A DNA stretch of 61,944 nucleotides, filler included, from Choristocarpus tenellus KU-1152 (lineage: Eukaryota > Protista > Phaeophyceae), in the NCBI GenBank assembly GCA_964200185.2. It is 8 parts of 8 records of this genome, joined end to end, with 100 filler letters (N's around TTAATTAATTAA, not from the genome) between each part and the next. Parts side by side here need not be neighbours in the genome. Positions count along the whole stretch, not along the records: positions 1 to 27,532 come from CAXNAD020000144.1; 7 more parts are not named here. One strand, given 5' to 3'. A program made the position numbers and the translations under genes. Of the stretch, positions 1 through 13,559 are shown in pieces (position 1 is the first letter of the stretch; each line of letters begins with the position of its first letter). Below the pieces are notes generated by a model. It saw only the letters and a program-made list of their open reading frames with translations, made no database searches and was not told the origin of the DNA.

Positions 1-78
1 AAATCACACCAAAAAAGTGAAAATCGAAAAAAGGGTGAAAAATGGACGCCGGCACCCTCCCCCCAGATACTTTGACCC
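1..78. mobile_element. MITE end (AAAGTATCT-TIR group), truncated by window start
   Basis: Ends CCCCCAGATACTTTGACCC; paralogous stretch at 31705-31780. Confidence 0.75.
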
Positions 79-1829
79 TAGAGTTAGATCTATTTACAGA
101 ATGGTTGAGGAATGGAGCTAAATCACATAGCTTTCCTTGATATTTATATATTCGATTTTTTGTATTTCTTTCTTGTTTCTTTTGTCATATTGCATTGTTC
201 TCTTTTTAGGAGTTATCACCTTACAAAACTCTATACTAGACTATCAATAAAGAATAGAAATCTTACAATAATTAATGAATACAAAAAATATATTTTTACC
301 AACTAAATATTATTCGGTAAAGGTAAAGATGAACAAGTTTTGGTCAAAGTCTAATAATTTAGATAACCATATCGAGCTAAATATATCCTAGAAGACAAAT
401 TGAGGGTAATATATCTTTACCAGAAGTAACTAAGTAGAGTTGATGAGGACTTAAATTCAGACCTCTTTAAAAATATGTCACTGCATCTATATCAAGATAT
501 TCATCGGACCCTTGTTGATTATTACCACCAACTACCATTTTCTCTTCAATGATAGATTGCCAGAGATATTCTTATTTATTTCATTAAATCGCTACCATCA
601 AACTATCAATATTATAAGTGGAAAAACGGGTGTACCAATTGTTGATGGTGGTATGTGCAAGTATAATGATACTGTGATATGATATGCATTGCAACACCTA
701 CATGATGTGTGCTAGTTGTTGGCTGCCACCACCTGCAGACGCAAGACCTTTCGTTTCCAATTCGACACTACACCAACAACAGAAAGTGGAGTGAGCTTCT
801 GTGTGCTGTCCTGATACGCAAATGCATTTTGATAGATGCTGTGCTTGCTGCTCTCATTGTCTGACGCCCCATTAACCGCCCCACCTCTTACTGATATATC
901 AGTTCTTCATCGACTCTGTTGTGCCACTCTTGTGGCATATATGTGAAACATTTATACATTTTGTGTGCCTGCCTTACTCTGCTGACTGCCTCGAGTGTGT
1001 TGTCACTGTTCTAATGCTCCGATTTTGAAATTTCTGTGGAGTGCTGTTGTTGTCTCAAGTAGTATTTCTAAATAACCTCTCAAGGTTGCAGACGAAACAA
1101 AGGCTATGCTCATTTTTTTGGTGGGTAGTGGGACATTCAAATATAGTACTGGCACACACACACAAATGCGAGGGTATAGTTAGGTAGGCTAAACAGCCTC
1201 TACTTCTCTACCACACGAAGTTATACTCAAACATTGAGCTGACGTTGCCGCTGGCCGCATTGAAATAGCAATTCTAACTCGATGTAGTGAAAAGTGAATA
1301 GTCATTTTTGTTTCATAGAGACTTCATCTCATTTTTGACTTTGTATTGAAGTTGTAGCAGGTAGGTCTAGAGACAATGCTGTGATTGGGTAGCTATACCC
1401 ATCACCAGCAACCTCCCGTACCCCCTCTACCATTTTGTTGATGGATTTTCAAGTAATCAGGTCTATGTGAAAAGTAGAACAAACTATTATTTGTCCCTAG
1501 AGTTGTTGACTGTTTTCAATAAAGTGTTGCTTACTGACTCTCTTGATTCCTCCCCAAAACACCAATGCGCGTGGGAGCTGACAGTGTGCAACTGGAGGTA
1601 AGTACCAGTAATGGCGTTACTGCCAGGTCTAAGGCAATGAATGTCCAGTTTTGGGCTTAATATTTTTTCGTTTGCATGCAGTAGCAGTGCAAGCAATAGA
1701 GTGATGCGACTATAGCATCTTGTGTTGTGCGTATATTGATGGCAGGGTCGTTGTTCTGCAACAGTTTTGTTTGTGAGTGAATTTGGACTCCCTCCTGCAA
1801 CAACAGTGTCAAGGACTCCAGTTCAGGTA

Positions 1830-2089
1830 AGAGTGAAAGTATCTTAGAGGGTACGAGTTTTGTCCTGTTTGTTCATTTGCTGCTTGGCTTCCCTTGTTTT
1901 TTTTAATGATATTTTCCTACTCCAAAACGTTTCAGAGTAGGTAAAGTGTGTACGTTATGAAAAGGTGTGTCCGGAACAAGGATATTGACACTTCCTAATA
2001 AACATGATATCCAAAATTACGTCAAAATCGTAACATTAGGTTTTGGTCTCCAAATGGATGCGACCCTACCCTCTAAGATACTTTGGCTC
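1830..2089 (+). mobile_element. MITE family A (~260 bp), full length
   Basis: TIRs GAGTGAAAGTATCTTAGAGGGTA ... TACCCTCTAAGATACTTTGGCTC; flanks GTA/GTA; seven other copies in window. Confidence 0.9.
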
Positions 2090-2649
2090 GTACACGTACC
2101 CTAACCCTATTTACATAACTTTGGGTGATTATTGATAAAATAATAGTAGTGAAGATACTATAACATTGTGTAGAAGGTTGAAGGTGGGTTTAGGGCGTTA
2201 CTTTCTATTTGATTGTTGCAGCGTGGAGTATAGTAGTTTGAAATAGTAGTACCGGGTTGTTCTTTTCCTTTCTTGAACAATGTGTTGATATTCCGATGAC
2301 GAACAAGGTATGCATGGCAAGTGATAATGATATTGAAAGATAGATGCGTTTATAACATGGTTGCATCTTCTTGTTGTGGCGGTTCTTATGTTCTTATTGT
2401 CATAATTATAGTTTTCAGCGTTTTGGTGGTGGTGGGAGTTTGGTTTTGGTATTATTGAGAAGGCATTTTATGCATTCCCAACCAACAACAGGATGTAATA
2501 GATGTGATGTTATAAAAACCACAATCGAGGATGGTGTAAATGAAGCTGAAAATTATGGAAATATGAGAAAGAGAGATACACAGAGGACGGGATATAAAGG
2601 GAAAGTTTATTAAGTAATCTGAGTTTTGCGGGGGGGAGAATTCTGCTAG

Positions 2650-2860
2650 GATCAAGTTACAGGAAAAGGAGGGTTGATGAAGGAAAATATTATTTTGGGC
2701 AAGGGTAAATGACGAGTTAATTAGTGAGTGACTAAGAGACAGGAGTGATAGGAGAAACGTTAAAGAAATGAGTGATAGATGGAAGAACAAGGTAGAGGGA
2801 ATGGTCAGAACGTGAAGAAGATTTAAGGCTGCTGGTACAGGAAAGGGAGGACTAGAACAA
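2650..2860 (+). pseudogene. Degenerate Myb/SANT-like (trihelix/NAM-associated, Harbinger ORF1-type) fragment
   Basis: Manual translation FWARVNDELISE*LRDRSDRRNVKEMSDRWKNKV fits the FW..V...R....RW pattern; contains stops. Confidence 0.3.
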
Positions 2861-3180
2861 GACAACCTCTGAGCAATCTCTCCCACCCAACCACCCTTTT
2901 GCTTGATCACGACCGATTGGGATGCTGGGTAAGGGGGGGGAAAGGTCAAGTTTGAGTGGGGTAGATGTCTTCTAGTTCAAAGCGTTGGTACGAAGTGGAT
3001 GTGGAAGGGGTGTTCTTGGACGATTCTGGAGTGGTGTTGAAATGCGTGGGGGTATGGAAAGTGGGGGAAAGTGTTGGGGGGTTTAGTGGTGTTGAATGGG
3101 GTTGGAAAGCGGTAAGTGAGGAAATGTCTTGTGGAGGAAGTGGTAAGTGGTGTGGGGTTGAGTGGGTTTGAAGGGTGGGA

Positions 3181-3396
3181 TGGTTACTGGAAATCAGTGG
3201 CAAAGGGGTCGCAGTGGTTGGTCATTGGATTTAGGGGGTGACTGGAAACCAGCGGCGAAGGGGTTCACAGTGGTTGGTCACAAGAGATGGGCGGTGACTG
3301 GAAATCAATGGCAAAGGGGTCGCAGTGGTTGGTCATTGGATTTAGGGGGTGACTGGAAACCAGCGGCGAAGGGGTTTTGCACTGGTTGGTCACAAG
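3181..3396. repeat. Tandem repeat, 2 x 111 bp, each built from two ~55-bp subunits
   Basis: ACTGGAAATCA(G/A)TGGCAAAGGGGTCGCAGTGGTTGGTCATTGG at 3186 and 3297; subunit ACTGGAAA...GGTTGGTCA occurs 4 times. Confidence 0.9.
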
Positions 3397-3519
3397 TGCC
3401 TGCATAATGAGGAATGGGTGGAATGCAAATATAAAAATTATAATCCAGAATTCGTGAACAAAAAAAAATAGGAATTTCAGATGATACCTAAAGTGATCCC
3501 AGTAGCTTCGCCCTCTGTG

Positions 3520-4870
3520 GCAATCTTGTTTTTTTTCACTGTATCACCAGAACAGTTGAACAACAATAGATATATGAAATGAACGGGTATGCCAAGAGCG
3601 TTTCAATATTTGTACCCACAAATATCCAGGCTTCGAGGAACGGGACTATGTCCATCTCAAATAAGGGAAAAAACGCGGGGGAACATCTTCAGTGCAATTT
3701 TGAAGGTCAGGACTTCAAAACGGACGAAGATGGAGTGGTTGGCTGGATTCCTTGCAAAACACTGGTCCGGGGTAGGTCGCTGCCCAAGTTTGGCTGGTGT
3801 GGCTATACCGAAAAACCCCTCAAGATTTCCGGACATACTTTTAACGCCTTTTGCAGACTTTCTGTAAACACACACACGTATCACTTACACAGCAACATGA
3901 ACCACGACAATGAGACAAGGAGAGCCGCCGAGGTCACTTTGCCCCCTAGATTTACCTTCGGCACCTTCTCTGTCAAGAGGCGACGGAAAAGCAAGTACCG
4001 TGTGACACTCAGTGCGATGTTAGGCGACGAGAAAGGGTGGGTAGTGTAGCGCAGCAGCATAATCAAATCGCGAAATGGATCACGGGGCCGCGACACCGAC
4101 GCTGAGAGAAGATACATTGAAAGCATTACCACGCAAACATGTTTAGATCTTCATCCACGTCTAACCTTGTTCCTGGACTTAGGGTTGTACGTATAAAGTT
4201 AATTAAGGCTTTCTCCTAGCCTGCATTCATTCGAGAAACCAACACAGTTTCCCATCAACTCAAGCCTGTCCTCCCTCGCCCTTGCGCCTTGATAAAATAT
4301 CACCCGCCCAAGAAACACGGAGGACGCCCATTTCCGGCGCTCAACGACGAAATGTGATAGTCAGGACTCTAACCCTACGAATCCTTTACCTATGTATGAA
4401 CAACGGGAAAGACTGTCAAATGGTGCTCGAGATATCAGCAGGATATGCGATGGTCAGGTCGGAAACTGTGAGTAAATGGGATAGAGACTTCCTAACTGAG
4501 GGCCATATCAAGGTGTCGAAGCAAGGGCACTATGAGAGGCGTTTCGTTCTGGACGTTGACGAGGACATCCTTGTCGAGGTTAAAGAGTGGGTGCGCGAAC
4601 ACACAGGACGAAAGGGTGGGGAGGCATTCTTCCTGTCTAAACCCTCTACTTCCAATCAACTAATGGCACATCTATTGCCACTCTTGGTGTCCTACAATCC
4701 GGGGTTCGAACCCCAATATGAGAGCTCTTTCTTCGAGAGAAGAAAAAAATGGGAAAAACACGAACCACGTACTTTTGTAGGTGGGCATCACGAATATGCT
4801 TTTTTTTTAAAATTGGATGTCTGCATCAAAAGTAATCAGTGGACAACCTCACAGCACAAAGGTACCACAC
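3520..4870 (+). mobile_element. Degenerate DNA transposon copy A with HTH-like transposase N-terminal segment
   Basis: Peptide SETVSKWDRDFLTEGHIKVSKQGHYERRFVLDVDEDILVEVKEWVREHTGRKG (IS630/Tc1-like HTH pattern); inverted paralog at 13560-15512. Confidence 0.55.
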
Positions 4871-5949
4871 AACCTCTTTTCGCTCGAAACTAGCATGACC
4901 GTGAGTCGCACGATAATATGCCTATATCCCATCATCTCTTCCTACCAGCTCCTACAAACTAGTAAGGGAACAACATCCCTGGTAAGTGAACACCGCTGGG
5001 GACGATTGGTTTGGTTTGGATCAAGTTCCGTCACTAACCATGTTCCTTTACAATCTGTTACTTTATGCCCCTACTGTGTTGGCACTCATTGTTATTGTGG
5101 TATTCCTTCAAAATGGTGAGATCATTTCCAGAAGAGGTGAAATTTGTGGACTTTCGTCTCAACGAAAATCACCTTTCCTATCTTGTTTTTGGGACTTGAA
5201 ATTTACAGGCAACACCAGGGCGTCATGGAAGGTGTACGTGGGAGCATGGGGGTATGGACTTCACCTCGTGGGCATTTTAACATGTCGAAATCGCTGGGGT
5301 ATGGGAGTGATCATGTCCAAGCTCTTATCAACGCAACGACAAGGGCCCAGGTGGGAGTATGGTCTGCTCTCCATTTATGTTATCGTGTGCCTATCTGTGT
5401 TCTGAGACGAAGATGACGCTATGATCCTATAGGGTTGTTCTACGTACCACTTAAAATATCCTTCGACCTCGCTTCACTATAATTTCTATACAGCTAGCTT
5501 GTCTATAGGATTGCACCTACTCAGACAAAGTTTCTTGAAAAATGTCGTCTTTAGTTGGCATTCGCGGTTGTCTATTGATGTACTGACGGCATGATCCCGA
5601 CAAACGACGGCCTCCTCGCCCGCCCACGAGACTATACTGTGTACGTGCGCGCCTTCCACGAAACTGTGGGGACATAACTGTGTCAGGGTAAGGATGCTCG
5701 GCTTCAGCCTTTCTGGTCTCTCTGATCGCGACACAGCGAACTAGTGGATGGTTAGGTCGTTAGGTCAATGCCGCTATTCGATCCCCGACAATCCCGTTCA
5801 TGGACTAGTGTAGAGGTCTTACGACCAGGATGAGGTACTCTAAAGTAGAGACCTGTGCCAGGGTATGAGGGAGTTGCTGTTCTGGGGTATAAATGAGGGA
5901 CTATCCTTCGAGATTTAGCAGCCTCAGTGGTTCAGTAACACTCGGTGGG

Positions 5950-7170
5950 CAGGAACAGATGGGGTTTGTGTGGCGATTGAAACCTGAAAAGTCTGTGCTG
6001 GGGGGAAACGATGTGGAGATCCACAAGGTATGAGCCACAATTCTCCAGCAACACGTGGAGAAGCAAAGATACTATGTTCTCCAGCAGCAAGAGGACAGAA
6101 AGGGCAGGGTAGGGTCTGTGGCCGCCTTTGCTGAAGGAGATAAAACCTAGCTCAATTTGCTTGTACAACAGTGATGTCTGTGGGTAATTTGGACCTCCAA
6201 AGCGTGTAAGGGGGAATTCTAAAACTATTGAAGGTATCATAGGTCAGGGCCCGACCAGACAGCATAATAACAAAAGTAATTGAGACAACAGTCACCTAAA
6301 TGGCATCGAGCAAGAACTTTTTGGATAAGTAGAATGTGTTTGGTGTTTTTTCCGTTGGTGCAGTCATGAAATGCAGTTTGCTCATAGCTCCTGAACATTT
6401 CTTTGTCAGCATCCTCTAGTAACAAATCCTAAAGTTTCAATATTCTGTGTGCACTAGTTATGGGACAATGTCTACGGGGGAGTGCGGTGTTTATTATTTT
6501 TGGTGTTAATCGTTGCCATTGTGATGGGGTTGAAATATGTGTGGTTTTTTTGTCGGTGGCAGTAAGGCAAGTGCAACAGGAAACGATGTTGGCAATTTGC
6601 CAATTTGCCTGAGAAGGTAGTGCAACGAAGGCGAAATATGGTGATCCAACAAGGGATTACCAGGAGGAGAGGTGCCACTAGAACATGGCAGGATGGTATG
6701 TGAGGCTGCTGGGGAAACGAGTTTGAGTGGGATTGTGAGTATGAATACAAGTACCAACGTGTTAAGTTGCCCATCTTGAGAGGTGAATTGGCACAGCAGT
6801 ACCAGATATATGTAGTCTTTCAGGTGTGGCCTGAATGTAGTGTGAGCGATTGTAATTGGGATTTATTTGAAAGGTAATGTGTGGAGGGTATTGAACTCTT
6901 TGTCTGCCAAGGTTACCAATTGTATTTGTTAGGTTAAATTTCAGGCATGAACATTGTCCAAACCCATATCCAAGAATATATTTGAATAATGACCCTTCTA
7001 AGACAGTATGATCCAATGTTTGAGGTGGTTTTGAAGTTCCACCTCCAATGCCTTTTGTTTCGTAACACTATGCCATAGTTCATTCTCTGTGTATAGCAAT
7101 CCCAAGACCCCCTTCTTTTTGACCAACTACCCTCTCTCTCTCCCAATTGCCCTTTCCCACTCCTGTACTA
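5950..7170 (-). mobile_element. Heavily decayed non-LTR retrotransposon (L1/Tx1-like) 3' ORF2 relic
   Basis: Minus-strand KKKGVLGLLYTE resembles the post-RT KK.GGLGL motif; downstream HDCTNGKNTKHILL resembles the C-terminal zinc knuckle; many stops and frameshifts. Confidence 0.35.
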
Positions 7171-8029
7171 TATTTCCCACACCCCTAAGGTTATGTCTCC
7201 AAAACAGAATTTCTACTGTTGGTTCTCTGAATCCCTAATACTGATATCCCCATTATGCCTCCTTCCTCTACTCATTTTCTACTCATACCTCAGTAGAGTA
7301 GCATTGTGTTGTTTCTGTGCGTGCAACTGTATCCTATTCTTCATTTCCTTACCTACTTCTCAAATCTCTGACATCTCTCTCTCTCTCTTCTTACTGGATT
7401 GACTGGGTAACCATCTATTGCTGAGTGCTCTGTTTATGTATGTAAAATAACAACACACAACTATTTATGTGTATGTGCATTTGTGAATGGTTATATTCAA
7501 CCTCCCAGAGGACACTACATGTCAATGTGGACGGCCTGGTAAGTTGTGGTGGGTGTGGTCTACAGCCTTCCATGCCTGCAATGTGGGGTGGATAGAGGCT
7601 GCTGGCTACTTCTGTTCCCTCCTGTAAGAGCCACTCCCCCCAGTAGTTTACCCCACAGAGCCATGTCCTCCCCCTCCCCACTCCTGCACTAATGTTTCAT
7701 CAGTTGTGATTTGCTTGTTTCCAAGATATATTTGAATACTTGGTTATGTATTGATGTGGTTTTGTGTTCTAGAATTTTTGCCAGATTTGTCCTTACAGTG
7801 TTACCATTTTCTATTTTGCGGTAGAGACTTAGTCGGATAGATGTATAGACGGAGGAAGTATTTACGTCTGAAGGGGGAGGAACCGTGAAGTATGGTACAT
7901 GCATACATCACACTGTCAAATGCTACAGTATGTAGTACTTTAGAAGCTTTGTGCCTTTCATGTATCTTCTTTTATTCGTCCTTTGTGGTGAATTTCATTG
8001 GAGAGAGTGCCAGTAGGATGAGGTACATT

Positions 8030-8590
8030 GCCCATCAAACCCCTCCTTGAAGAGCTTTTGTTTGGCATTTATATTGAAGCTTCAATGCTGCAGTGTCTAC
8101 AGAAGCATCTGGGTGTTAATTTTGTCGTAGTCCTTGGGCATCCAGCCTGTCTCTTGTTTTATTACCTGTTTCCTCAGCTGACACTTGTTTATGAACGGCT
8201 TGGCGACATTTAACCTACATTTGGATTTTGTTCAGGTTGTCAATACATGTGGGACTAAAAGTGTATGAAGTCATGGTGACACTCGGTGGATATCACCCAC
8301 ACTATAGAGCAGAAGTGCGCACGGTCGGCCCTACAACCATGATCAACGTCCAAACCACATTGGTGGGCTGGCAAGCTGGCCTCATCATGCAAGACTCGAT
8401 GGCCTTTGCCGGAGCTCTCTCCTTACCACCCCACCATTGTCCGGGCAAAACACTTCAGCAAGAAATCGCCCATGTCTGACAAAGGTGACCTCTTCAATGC
8501 AGGAGTTGAGGAGGGGAGGTCATTGTGCTGGAACATGTAAGCTTTTGTGATTTCTGCTGTCATCATCTACCTCTGCTTGTTGCCAAAATG
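8030..8590 (-). repeat. Diverged inverted copy of the 15570-16480 repeat/ORF
   Basis: 8401-8590 aligns with the reverse complement of 15575-15750 (MAFAGAL...GDL..AGVEEG peptide in both). Confidence 0.8.
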
Positions 8591-11019
8591 ATATCAATTC
8601 CACTGGTGCACTAGCAACACTCGACTAGTCCAATGGCCTCAGCTGCTGTACCATACTTGGGTTAGGGCAGAAGGTGCAAAGGGAGGTCAGAGGTGAGTTC
8701 CTTGCTCCTCTTTGACTTTTCATCAGGCATTACTATACATGACAATATATATATATGTATTTTTTAATCCGGATGTAGTCTTCCATGTGGTGAGCAAGTT
8801 CTGTAGAGGAAGTATGTGGTGAAACATTGGGGACCTTTCGTAACGGCAGCAAATTATTGTTTCCTTGTTGCCCAAGAAGGAGTCGAGTTGATGATACAGA
8901 GAGGACGTTGGCATACTAGAAGGCTACAAATGTTTTTGGCAACAATTTTGGAAAGGAATATATCAGGTCTATCATTTCTTGGCCCAGTTAGACTCCCGGA
9001 GTGAAAGGCATCGAGACTTGAATAAATTGTTTTGGGCTTACGTGAAACAGTTATTTTGTATGTACTGGTATTTATCTTAACTTTATTCTGCGGACTATCC
9101 CAACCCGTGGTTGGAGGAATTAGACACGGAGATACTGTACTTCTCACAATTAACTGTTATAGTACTCCAAGTAATTGATTGACAAAGGTAAAACACAGGA
9201 TCTTTTGACCCCAGAGTTGCTCAATGAAAGCCAGAGTAGCATTTCCTTGAAATTGTTTTGTATTTTTGGCTGTTGAGTTCTGTGAGATGAAACTGAAATT
9301 TAATTTTCTCATGCATACTTTCTTTATCACTGGTGAGGTTGTTGAAATGAGTCCTTATCTCACTATGTGTTATGCACGTACACGCTATCCTTTGGCATAG
9401 AGAATAAAAGAGCACTCTTTTATTGTCCTACTATACCTGCCTCACTCTGTTGTTGGGGTGGCTGGTGCATAAGAGTATATGTGATGAAGATTCTTGTAGG
9501 TTCCAAATGGTCAATGCTGCAACGCACTGCTGCAAAAATAGAGTGGGTCGGGTACAGTAGGGACAATGACGCAGTGTTCCTCATTGGGCTCAAAGTGCCA
9601 ACAGAGTCCACGCAGGCGCACAACACAGCGCGGCATTAGGCCTTCATTGGAGCAAGCTCCCCGCTAGTGATTAAAGTACACTACACTTGAGAATATTTCA
9701 TCAGATTTTTTGTCTCGCATAACTCAAGAGCCAAAAATGATCGATTTCTAGGGAAAACCATTCTGAGTTTCTATGAGCGACTGGGCTCAGAAGATCCTTT
9801 GTTTTCTATCTAAAGCCTCTCTTCATTCCTTGCTTCTCATGCGTTTGGTTCGGAAATCCCACCGGTCAATTGCTTCACCTCCTTCAAACGTTGTTCTTGG
9901 TTGGCCTTGACGTTGTCACCTTGACTTTGGTTTGGCGTGTTTTTGTGGTATAGGGAGAGATAAGGTGGTACAGGTGCATAATTTGTTGGTCTTGCCATAT
10001 GTGGGTTTGGATATATTGAAGGCAGTTTTCCTTGAAAAGGAGACTGGTGCGGATGGGGTTTGGATCCTGAAATTCCTTCAGCAAACTCTACTCTACTTTT
10101 GATAAAGGCTCAATGTAATGTGGATCAGTATGGTGTTTGAATTGATACAGTCGATATACAGATGTAACGCTGACGATAAATATATCATAGAGGCGAAGTA
10201 AATGAGTGGTACCCATTAAAGATGCTGACAAATATGTGCAATTTTTGTCTTCTCTTTAAATAATGCGTATTGCATCCTTCCCAAATCTGTCGAAAATTTT
10301 CAAACAGTGGAGAAACCAACGCTCTCAAGTCAATTTTAACAGTTAATCCACAGAAATATGGATGGTTTTCAAAAGATTGAAAAAAGTGGGATAAAATGTG
10401 AAACGGTCCACAGTAAAGTTGGGTAGCTCTCGTTCAGTTTGGCTCTCATACCTTGCAAACTGGCATATTTTGGATGTGTCAGGGAAGGACGTGGACCAAA
10501 AGCAAACCAGGTTACACAGGCTGGCAGCGGTGTACACATCATGTTGTGATTAGCAACCTTGAGGAGAGTGTTGTGGTATAGGTAGTATTGAAATTCTTTG
10601 AAGTGGTAAAAAGTTTTGTTGAGGCATCTTTAACATACGCGGCGACTGTTATCCTTCCTTGAGAGTCCTGGTATTTTTGGTTTGACGTTTTCCTTGTCAC
10701 ATCTTTACTATGTTCGAGGACATACTGACATGACTTGCAATTGATCGCGTATGCTGTACATTGATATGGCTACTTCATACCGTTCGTTATATTTTTCAGT
10801 GATGATATTTTTTGGCCAGCTCCCCTCGGTTCTTTGCTTTCTTTTCTACAACTCAACACACACGTCACGCACTGTGCACCTGTTCCACAAGAGCATCTAA
10901 TATTCACAGTAATCCAACCACGGTTCTTATGTTTGTATTCCGACATCAACTGAAAGATATATCTTGTTTGAGAATTAGATGCATTGTTTCCCCGCTGTTT
11001 AATCTTGATTCGTTTCAGA

Positions 11020-11893
11020 TACTTAACCACCCTTTGAAAATTGAAAGAGGAAGGTTTACGCTCTCAAGTGGCTTTACAAGTAATGATGTCAATTTGCTCT
11101 CCGTGGTAGCCATCCCAATTTTTCTTCCCTCATTGTTATCACCTTACGATACGAGGTCTCAGCCTTTTTATATTTGCCCTACAGAATCAAAGCCACAAAA
11201 CATGTTAGTGCATCAACCAAATCATCCTCAGTGACTCAACATGTCCAAGTACTTTCATGCTCATTTCGGAACAGGCGTGTTTCACTCTGAACCTTAACAC
11301 TCTCCCAACAATTGAACAAACGCAAATATGTGTGAGTCAGCCTTGGTTTACTACCTACTGCAAATCTTACCCATTTACTCTTCCTGTTCCTCATCTTCAA
11401 CCACTCTTTGAATATTTACATAGAAAGCTTCACACTCCCACCTGGTCCTTAAGCAACAAAGCCAAGTTGCTCCGCCTGACAGCACCCTTACGGTTGTTTG
11501 ATCCCAAGGTTTCTTCCCCCATCGTTATCACAGTACGGTGCAGGGTGTCATCCTCGCCATATTTGCCCTGCATAATCAAAGCTACAAACAACACATGTAT
11601 GGTGCATCAACCATATCATCGTCAGTGAGTCAGCGTGTCAAGGTACTTTTATCCTTAATTCGGAACAGGCATATTTCACAGTGGACTTTCACACTCTCCA
11701 ACAATTGAACAACTGCAAATAGATATTAGCTAGCTTCGGTACACCTACCGTAAACCTTACCTATTTACTCTTCCTGTGACTCATCATCAACCACCCTTAA
11801 AATAGTTGCAAACCTTTACACTTCCACCTGGTCTTGAAGCAACAAAGTAAAGTTGCTCTGGTAGCGGTGTCATGTTAGTTTGATCCCAGGAAG
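11020..11893 (+). repeat. Diverged tandem repeat, ~389-bp unit, ~2.2 copies
   Basis: ATCAAAGC...GTGCATCAACCA at 11186 and 11575; collinear similarity across the unit. Confidence 0.85.
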
Positions 11894-11929
11894 AGTAATT
11901 AGATACGAATTCTAGTAGGTGGACTGTGG

Positions 11930-12297
11930 ACTGATGCCGGCTCATATACATTTGCAATTGTTCAATTATTGGAGAGTGTGGAAGTCCAGTGTGAAACAAG
12001 AACAAGCCTGTTGTGAACTGAGCATGAAAGTACCTTGGTAGCTGAGTCGGTGAAGATAATATGGTTGATGCACCATAGATTTGTGTTTGTGGCTTTGATT
12101 ATGCAGGGCAAGAATGGTGAGGCTAAGTCCTTGTACTGTAAGGTGATAACCATGGAGGAAGAAACCTTGCGATCAAACTACTGTAACGTTGCTATCACGC
12201 AGAACAACTTGGCTCCGTTGGGCTCTGTTCCTTAAAACCATGCGAGAGTATGAAGGTTTGTTTATAAGTATTTGAAGGATGGTTGAGGATGGGGCAC
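11930..12297 (-). repeat. Inverted copy of the ~389-bp unit
   Basis: TGGTTGATGCACCA...GCTTTGATTATGCAGGGCAA is the reverse complement of unit sequence near 11565-11615. Confidence 0.85.
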
Positions 12298-13559
12298 AAC
12301 GTACAACATCGTCGTATCTACTGGACTTTATTATCTTCTGAACTCCAAGAACCTTGGGCTTGTGTGTTTTCGTTTGTTTTTAAATATTCTCACACATTGT
12401 ATTATTTACACTCCCAAAAATTTCAAATCATTGTGGTGGTGGTCTTCAAATAGGTCTCTCCATCAAACCAAATGCCTGATACGGGAGGTGTAATATTGTA
12501 GTTGCAGCTCACACCAGAAGTGAAATTGTTTCTCGTCTATCCCATTTCATGAGGAGTGGAAATGCTGAAAAAAGTATCATTTATTTGGAGGTATTATCTC
12601 TTCTTACTTGTTTTTCATGAAATGATAAGTTCAAATTCTCGTTTTGAGTAGGAAATTCTCCAGCTTTGGTTGTATCGAGTATGGATTAGCTTACGGAAAT
12701 TCTGCATGTAGTGGTACTCTGTACTAGAGTGTAATTTCACTATTGAAAATCTTATCTGTCACCCCATGTTCTGACGGTAGTGTTTTTCATTCTCAAATGA
12801 TACAGAATTTCCCATTTTGGCCTCAGTAAGACCCTCGGGACAACACTCAAGGGTTTGATGATATCATACAGGAATAATCTGATCGAAGCGACCAATATGC
12901 ACTTTTTTTAGTCAATCAAAATGCTACTAAAGCTGCATTGTACAAGGACAGGACTCAAAATGGTTTGGGAATGATGGCAGATGCGTGTGCAATATTTGCT
13001 AGTATGTCACACCCTTCGCTGCGTCAGCTGAAACCCTGATCGTTGGGCAGGAACTAGGAGTACCTGGACAGGGCAGGACGTCGATGCATGTTGAGGTATC
13101 AAGACAAAATTTACTGCCACACCAAGAGGATGTTCACGGCATACTGGCAAGCCTCATACCAATGCTTCAAGCTGCATCAACCCAGGACTGCTTGCCCGCT
13201 CTCCGTGGTGCTGTAAACAACCTCCTTTGGTTCCCGTGAAATATGAACCTCATTAATTCCAAAAAGCAATGCATCAAAATGCATTCGACCAGTCACATCT
13301 GTTTCCCAGCAAGTGCTTCGATCCCTGGTTGCTTTAGTCATAGACAGGGCGGGTGATAGATGTCGACACCTTCTGGGGAAAGAGCTACCTCCATTGCTCA
13401 ATTTACTGAGGAATGTCCAGGGAAGGTTCGAAATAGAGATAAGCTAACATGGGCTACGGCAGACTGCTCTTTTGTCATGGGGCGCCCACTAACTGTCCTG
13501 AAGATAATTTGAATTAACTAGTCACCTTTGGGTGTTGTTTCTTGTTTTTTCCATGTTTT

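Noticed and set aside
2097-2112. CCCTAACCCTA telomeric repeat
   Set aside because: Under two units; expected by chance.
3181-3396. CRISPR-like array
   Set aside because: The intervening sequences are themselves repeated, there are no cas genes, and the context is eukaryotic.
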